Assembly (NCBI GenBank): GCA_963778865.1
Contig: CAVZWF010000006.1
Location: 135,959 to 199,958, forward strand
Length of the DNA stretch: 64,000 bases
Direction of reading: 5' to 3'
Origin: an uncultured beta proteobacterium
Lineage (GTDB): Bacteria; Pseudomonadota; Gammaproteobacteria; Burkholderiales; SG8-41
Part shown: positions 58,341 to 64,000 of the stretch, in pieces
Layout of the letters: each line of letters begins with the position of its first letter
How positions within the stretch are numbered: the stretch's first letter is position 1
Translations under genes and position numbers: made by a program
The notes under the pieces: generated by a model
Seen by the model: only the letters and a program-made list of their open reading frames with translations
The model's database searches: none
Told to the model about the DNA's origin: nothing

Positions 58341-60773
58341 GTGAAGAATCCGCAAACCTTCCGCTACATCGGCAAAAAGCGCCGCACGAAGGAAGACCCG
58401 CGCTTCGTCACGGGCCGCGGACGCTTTGTCGCCGACATCGCGTTGCCGGGCATGAAACACGTCGCGCTCGTCGCGTCGCCGCACGCAGCCGCGCGCATCG
58501 TTTCGATCAACACCGCCGCCGCGCTGGCGCTGCCCGGCGTGCATTACGTGCTGACCGGCGAGGAATTCTGCGCCGCCACCGATGCGCTGGCGATCGGCGT
58601 CGATGCGCCGAAGGTCGACGCGTTACGCGCTCGCGAAAGACGTCGTGCGTTACGCCGGCGAATGGGTCGCCGCGGTGGTCGCCGACACGCGCGCCATCGC
58701 GGAGGACGCGGTCGAACTGGTCGAAGTCGAATACGAACCCACGCCGCACGTGATCGATCCGGAACTCGCGGCCAAGGATGGCGGACCGCTCGTGCATCCG
58801 GCGCACGGCTCGAACGTGATTCTGCACAAGCACTTCGTGTGGGGGCCGGTCGAGGAAGCGTTCGCGCGCGCCAAGCACAAGCTGTCATTGCGCGCGGTGT
58901 GGGGACGCAGCTCCACCGTGCCGATCGAAACCTTCGGCGTCGCGGCGCAGTGGGATGCGGGACAGCGAGATGCTCGACATCTGGGCCTCGATCCAGATGC
59001 CGAAATTCCCCGATCAGGCGGCGCGCGCGCTGCGCCTGCCCGGCAACGCGGTGCGCGTGCATTTCGACGTCGACGTCGGCGGCAGTTACGGAGTCAAGCG
59101 CGGCATCAAGCACACGGTGCTCGTGGGCTATCTCGCCAAACGTCTCGGCATGCCGGTGCGCCTGATCGAAGACCGGCTCGAGAACATGCGCGGCGGCGAC
59201 ATGCACGGCCCCGACCGCATTTTCGACATGCAGGTGGCGTTCGACAATGACGGCACGCTGCGCGCGCTCAAAATCCGCGCGCTGGACGACGTCGGCGCGT
59301 ACGCGGGCCGCTCGCCGTTCCAGCTCGGCAAGCCGGTCACCGCGATCTGCGGACCGTACCGCATCGCCGCCATCGAGTACGAACCCATCGCGGTGTTGAC
59401 CAACAAGACGCCCGAAGAAGCGGTGCGCGGTTTCGGCCAGGCGCCGACCAATTTCGCGCTCGAACGGACGATCGATTGCGTGGCGCGCCATCTCAATATG
59501 GACCCGATCGAGGTGCGCCGCAAAAACCTCATACGCAAGGATCAATTTCCGTACCTGATCCCGAGCGGTTCGACCTACGATTCCGGCGATTACCACGCGG
59601 TGCTCGACAAGGCGCTCACTGCGATCGACTATCCCGCGCTGGTGAAAGAGCGCGACAACGCGCGCCGCGCGGGCAAACTCGCCGGCATCGGCATCTCGAC
59701 GTGCCTCGAGCCCAACGGCGGCAATTCGGGATTCGAGCCATTGCTCAATCCGAAGAACGACACCACGACGTGGATGGATTCGTGCGTGGTGCGCGTCGAT
59801 TTGTCGGGCGCGATCACCGGCGTCATGGGCACGTCGTCGTCGGGCCAGGGCCATGAGACGCTGGTTTCTACCGTCATCGGCGAAGTGCTCGAACGCGACC
59901 CGGCCGGCATCCGCGTCGTGCGCGCGGATTCGCTGCAGGCGCTGCCGTCGAACAGCCCGGTCGGCAGCCGCATGGCGATCATGCTCGGCGGCGCGGCGGC
60001 GGGCGCTGCGCGCAAAATAAAGGAAACGCTGATCGAAATCGCCGCGCACAATTTGAAATGCACGGTCGAGTCGATCGAATACAGCGACGGCAATGCCGCG
60101 GTGCGCGGGCATCCGGACCAGCGCATGACGTGGGACGACCTGATCGCGATCGCGCATCGCAAGATCCACCAGATGCCGCCGGGCATGCGAGCCCGGCCTG
60201 CAGGCGAAGTTCGTGTGGGAGGTGCCGACCGGCGGCAAGCTGCCGGCCGCCGACAACACGATCCAGATTTATCCGTGCTACTCGTTCGAGGCGCACGTCG
60301 TGTACGTCGAAATCGATCCCGACACCGCGGCGCCCGTGCTGCGCAAATACGTGTGCGGCCACGATTGCGGCGTGATGATCACGCCCGACATCGTGCACGG
60401 CATGACGTACGGCGGCATCGCGCACGGCATCGGCGCCGCGCTCTACGAAAAATTCAGCTACACCGACGACGGCCAGCTCGAAAGCGGCACGTTCATGGAT
60501 TATCTCCTGCCGAGCGCGATGGAAGTGCCGACGATCACCATCGTCGATCACTGCACGCCGTCGCCGCTGACCACGTTCGGGCAGAAAGGCTCGGGCGAAG
60601 CCGGCTATCTCGGCGCGCCCGCGGCCATCGCCAACGCGGTCAACGACGCGCTCGCCCCGCTCAACGCGCGCATCGACACTTTGCCGATGACGCACGATGC
60701 GTTGTGGCGGGTGATTCAAGGGGCCGAATCCCGCGATCACTTGCGGCTGAATACGTATAATCATACGTGTTAA
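58341..60773 (+). pseudogene. molybdenum hydroxylase large subunit (xanthine dehydrogenase family), cluster 2, at least 3 frameshifts
   Basis: GTG 58341 ((M)KNPQTFRYIGKKRRTKEDPRFVTGRGRFVADI). Pieces 58302..59165, 58582..59250, 58955..60760 (..EAVRGFGQAPTNFALERT..) and 60213..60773 (..GQKGSGEAGYLGAPAAIANAVNDAL..). Confidence 0.85.
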
Positions 60774-61015
60774 TTGCAGGACCATCCAATGAGCAGAAAC
60801 TGACCATTTTGATCGAAGACTCGGTATACGAAGGACTGCACCGGGTCGTGGGACGCGGCAGTATCAGCAAATTCATCGAAAATCTCGCGCGTCCGCATGT
60901 GGCACAAAAAGATCTCGGCGCCCAGTACCGCGAAGCGGCACGGGATGCCGCGCGCGACCATGAGGCACGGGCCTGGACGGAGGGCCTCGTCGGGAGCATC
61001 GATGAAACGCGGTGA
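60767..61015 (+). CDS. ribbon-helix-helix-type antitoxin-like protein (MazE/CopG-like partner of MazF/PemK toxins)
   Basis: GTG 60767, 82 aa. ..KLTILIEDSVYEGLHRVVGRGSISKFIENLARPHV.. is a pattern I associate with antitoxins encoded upstream of PemK-like toxins. Lower GC, and overlaps the next ORF by 14 nt. Confidence 0.6.
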   Translation: MLIAGPSNEQKLTILIEDSVYEGLHRVVGRGSISKFIENLARPHVAQKDLGAQYREAARDAARDHEARAWTEGLVGSIDETR

Positions 61016-61141
61016 GGTCTGGTGGGTCGATTTCGAGCCTGCCACGAACGACTGCTTGCAGAAATCCGGGCCGCAAAGTCCAGGTTGCCGCAGGCGCTGA
61101 CACCGCGGGAAATGCTGGAAGCACAGCGCGCTCAAGGTTAG
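61002..61141 (+). pseudogene. remnant of a MazF/PemK-family toxin gene (N-terminal ~15 codons plus a possible C-terminal tail)
   Basis: ATG 61002 gives MKRGEVWWVDFEPATN (a classic PemK N-terminus), then the frame degenerates. Another frame reads ..AEIRAAKSRLPQALTPREMLEAQRAQG* to TAG 61139-61141. The core of the toxin is missing. Confidence 0.5.
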
Positions 61142-61162
61142 CTTTAACCCATACGGGATACC

Positions 61163-61334
61163 ATGAAACCCATCGTCATCGACATCCACGCCCACTTCAC
61201 GCCGAGGGTGCTGTGCGAGAACTTCAACGCGCACGTCGTGAAATTTCCGATGAAACATCGTCATCGACATCCACGCCCACTTCACGCCGAAGCTGCTGTT
61301 CGAGAACTTCGATGCGCACGCCGCGAAATTTCCC
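61163..61334 (+). repeat. diverged tandem duplication (about 87 + 85 nt) of the 5-prime end of the amidohydrolase gene
   Basis: Copy 1 (61163-61249) is ATGAAACCCATCGTCATCGACATCCACGCCCACTTCACGCCGAGGGTGCTG... Copy 2 (61250-) is ATGAAAC--ATCGTCATCGACATCCACGCCCACTTCACGCCGAAGCTGCTG... Roughly 88% identity by hand. Confidence 0.75.
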
Positions 61335-62261
61335 GGCGTGAAGCTCCTGCGCAAAGACAAGAGCGTCGCCATGCAGTTTCCGGGCACCGAGCCCACGCGC
61401 CCGGTGATGCCGCGGCTCTCCGACCTCGACGACCGCCGCGCGTGGATGGACAAGAACGGCATCGACCACCAGATGGTCGGCGGCTGGCTCGACAGCTTCG
61501 GTTACGAGCTGCCCGCGCACGAAGGGCTCGCCTGGAGCCGCTATATCAACGACTGCATGTGGGACGCGTTGCGCAACGAGCCGCGCTTCACGCCGCTCGC
61601 GACCGTGCCGCTGCAGAACGGCACGCTCGCCGCCGGCGTGCTCGGCGAAGCGCTCGACAAAGGCTTCGGCGGCGTGATGATCGGCACGCTGCCCAAGGGC
61701 ATAGGCGGCGGCAATCTCGACGATCCGTCGCTCGATCCGTTCTGGGAAACCGCCTCCCGACTCGGCGCCGCGGTGTACCTGCACCCGATGTTCATCTGCG
61801 GCGAGCCGCGCCTTGCCGACTACGATCTCGTGAACGCGGTCGGGCGGCTGGTGGACACGACCATCGCGGTGTCGCGCCTCTTGTTCTCCGGACACCTGCT
61901 CAAGTTTCCGGGCATGAAATTCATCCTTTCGCACGGCGGCGGCGGGCTGCCGTACGCGCTCGGGCGGCTCGCGCGCAGCCATCAGGCCGCGCAGGGCAAA
62001 GTCGCCGATCCGCGCAAGGGCTTCGCCGCGATGTATTTCGATTCGTGCGTGTTCGACGTCGATTCGTTCGAGTACCTCGCGCGCAAAGCGGGACGCGAGC
62101 GCGTCATGCTGGGCTCGGATGCGCCGTTTCCGATCGGCGACCCGGAACCGCTTAAAGTCATAGCCAACGCGAACTTTACTGATGCACAGAAACAAGACAT
62201 GCTCACGGCGACCGCGCAGAAAGTATTCCGCGTGCGCGCCGATTGCTGGTGCAGGAGTTGA
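61250..62261 (+). pseudogene. amidohydrolase-2 family protein; start region disrupted (2-nt gap after ATGAAAC)
   Basis: The main frame (track 61338..62261, intact) extends upstream to 61254 as NIVIDIHAHFTPKLLFENFDAHAAKFPGVKLL.., which contains the HxH metal motif. The ATG at 61250 is out of frame with it. Confidence 0.8.
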
Positions 62262-62302
62262 ACATGAATAGAAAAACATAAATCGAAAAACACTTAAACC
62301 CT

Positions 62303-62384
62303 GGCCACAGAGGGCACAGAGATCACGAGTGAAATCAATTCACTGATTCTTGCGCGTTTCTCTGTGCTCTGTGCTCTCTGTGGC
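62303..62384. repeat. inverted-repeat element, CACAGAG family
   Basis: Left arm GGCCACAGAGGGCACAGAGATCACGAG, right arm TTTCTCTGTGCTCTGTGCTCTCTGTGGC. The right arm overlaps the predicted start of the next Bug gene. Confidence 0.6.
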
Positions 62385-63317
62385 ATTGTCTTCTTGCGTC
62401 GACAACGGCATGGGCGCAGACCTGGCCGACCAAATCGCTGCGCGTGGTGGTGCCGTTCACCGCGGCGAGCGCCACTGACACGACCGCGCGGGTCGTCGTC
62501 GAAAGACTGTCGTCGCAGCTCGGCCACAATTTCGTCGTCGAAAATCGTCCGGGCGCCGGCGGCACCATAGGCGTCGGCGTGGTCGCCAAGGCGGAACCCG
62601 ACGGCTATACGATACTCGTGCACTCGTCGTCGTTTCACCGTCACGCCGTCGACCTACCCCGACACGCCGTACAACACGCTGCGCGATTTTGCCGGCATCA
62701 CGCCGCTCGCCAATCTGCCGAACGTGCTGGTGATCGCGCCGTCGAGAGGTCTGCGCTCCGTGAAAGAGCTGGTGGCGGCGGCGAAAGCGAAGCCGGGCAC
62801 GCTCACCTACGCGTCGGCGGGCGCCGGCAGCGCGACCCAGTTGAACGCCGAGCGCTTCCGCCTCGGCGCCGGATTCGAAGCGGTGCACGTTCCGTTCAAG
62901 GGCACGCCCGAAGCGCTCACCGACATTTTGTCCGGCCGCGTCGATTACTATTTCTGCCCGGTGATCTCGGTGCTGCAGTTCATCAAGGAAGGCCGCCTGC
63001 TGGCGCTTGCCGCCGGCAGCACCAAGCGCTCCTCGGCGCTGCCCGACGTCATGACCACGCTCGAAGCGGGCATTCCGAATTCCGACTACAACTTCTGGGT
63101 CGGCATGATGGTGCCGGCGAAAACGCCGCGCGACATCGTGACCAAGCTTTATCAGAACACGCTCAAAGCGCTGCAGGCGCCGGATCTTAAAGAGCGCATG
63201 GCGAAAATCGGCGCGGAACCCATGCTGATGACGCCGCAGGAATTCGACGCCTACATCAAGATGGAAATCGGCACCAACGCCGCGCTCGTCAAGGCGGCGG
63301 GCATCAAGGTTAACTAA
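62364..63317 (+). pseudogene. Bug/TctC-family solute receptor, at least 2 frameshifts (about 62397 and about 62640)
   Basis: GTG 62364 ((M)LCALCGIVFL..), then a shifted frame ..STTAWAQTWPTKSLRVVVPFTAASATD..ENRPGAGG (62444..). 62724..63317 gives the rest (..YASAGAGSATQL..VHVPFKGT..AAGIKVN*). Confidence 0.75.
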
Positions 63318-63329
63318 TTGGAGAGATCG

Positions 63330-64000
63330 ATGAAACACATTGCCTATGTCGCGACCGCATGCGCAGCCGGTCTCGCATTGACGCACGCGACGGTCGTTCA
63401 CGCGCAAACCTACCCGGCCAAGCCGATCCGCCTGCTGGTGCCGTTCGGGCCCGGCGGCGTCGGCGACATCACGTCGCGCGCGGTCATGCAGAAAATGAGC
63501 GAAGCGATGAACCAGCAGATCATCATCGACAACCGGCCGAGCGCCGGCGGCATCGTCGCCACCGAAACCGTCGCCAAATCGGAACCCGACGGCTACACGC
63601 TCTACCTGATGAACAACACCAACGCGGTGAGCGCCGCGATGTTCAAGAAACTGCCGTACGACACGGTCAAGGATTTCGCGATGGTCTCGACCATCGGCGC
63701 GTTCAGTCTCGGCGTGCTGGTGAGCCCGGACTCGCCGGTCAAAAACGTGAAGGACCTGATCGCGCAGGCCAAGGCGAGCGCCGGGCAAGCTCAACTTCGG
63801 CTCGATCAACATCGGCACGACGCAGCATCTGTCGGCCGAGCTCTTGAAGTCGATGGCGGGCATCGACGTGACGACGGTACCGTTCAACAACACGGCGGGC
63901 GTGCTGACCGCGCTGAGGGGCGGCAGCGTGCAGGCGGCGTTGGAATTCCTGCCGCCGGTCATCGGCCAGATCAAGGCGGGCGGATTGCGCGCGATCGCGG
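63330..64000 (+). pseudogene. Bug/TctC-family solute receptor, partial (runs off window), one frameshift about 63785
   Basis: GGAGAG RBS, ATG 63330. My translation is MKHIAYVATACAAGLALTHATVVHAQTYPAKPIRLLVPFGPGGVGD..DNRPSAGG..EPDGYTL. After ..AQAKAS the frame slips, with PGKLNFGSINIGTTQHLSAELLK in the other frame. Absent from the track because it is open-ended. Confidence 0.8.

Noticed and set aside
1-64000. Search for tRNA, rRNA, tmRNA, transposase, integrase or phage genes that could explain the low-GC islets and cassettes.
   Set aside because: I recognised no cloverleaf-like or rRNA-like sequence, no DDE/HUH/tyrosine/serine recombinase-like ORF, and no phage structural genes. The absence rests on reading translations only, so it is not proof.

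Overview
High-GC (about two-thirds G+C by eye) chromosomal segment. The many Bug/TctC-type solute receptors suggest a betaproteobacterial, Burkholderiales-like origin (inference only). I can support about 60 protein genes. They are dominated by two themes. (i) Solute uptake: 8 Bug receptors plus one 3-prime fragment, two complete LivF/G/M/H + SBP-type ABC clusters, one orphan Liv-type SBP and one polar-amino-acid SBP. (ii) Aromatic/organic-acid catabolism: two paralogous CoxM-S-L-like molybdenum hydroxylase clusters, a UbiD decarboxylase, three amidohydrolase-2 genes, VOC dioxygenases, an FAD monooxygenase, maleylacetoacetate isomerase, two cupins, two SMP-30 lactonases, two alpha/beta hydrolases, a TPP enzyme, a PaaK-like ligase, a PrpD-like protein and an ICL/PEP-mutase-like protein. 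There is also a heavily disrupted multi-GAF class III adenylate cyclase and a phasin. I recognised no rRNA, tRNA, CRISPR array, transposase, integrase or classical one-component regulator. Most interesting points: (1) a low-GC islet carrying a Panacea/DUF4065 antitoxin-like gene translationally coupled to an unassigned 144-aa protein, a candidate new toxin; (2) a six-copy inverted-repeat element family whose arms are built from about 10-bp GCAGATAAAC-like units, one copy split by a 1.3-kb low-GC two-gene cassette; (3) a recurring layout of full-length gene, opposite-strand cassette, then a diverged copy of that gene's last ~40 codons (three cases, plus one 5-prime variant next to a decayed TA module); (4) four TA-like loci in total; (5) about half of the genes need +/-1 frame changes to keep their family-typical frame, and these genes cluster in blocks. 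This is most likely consensus indel error, but real pseudogenisation cannot be excluded from sequence alone. Coordinates of frame-disrupted genes are outer boundaries that I traced by hand.
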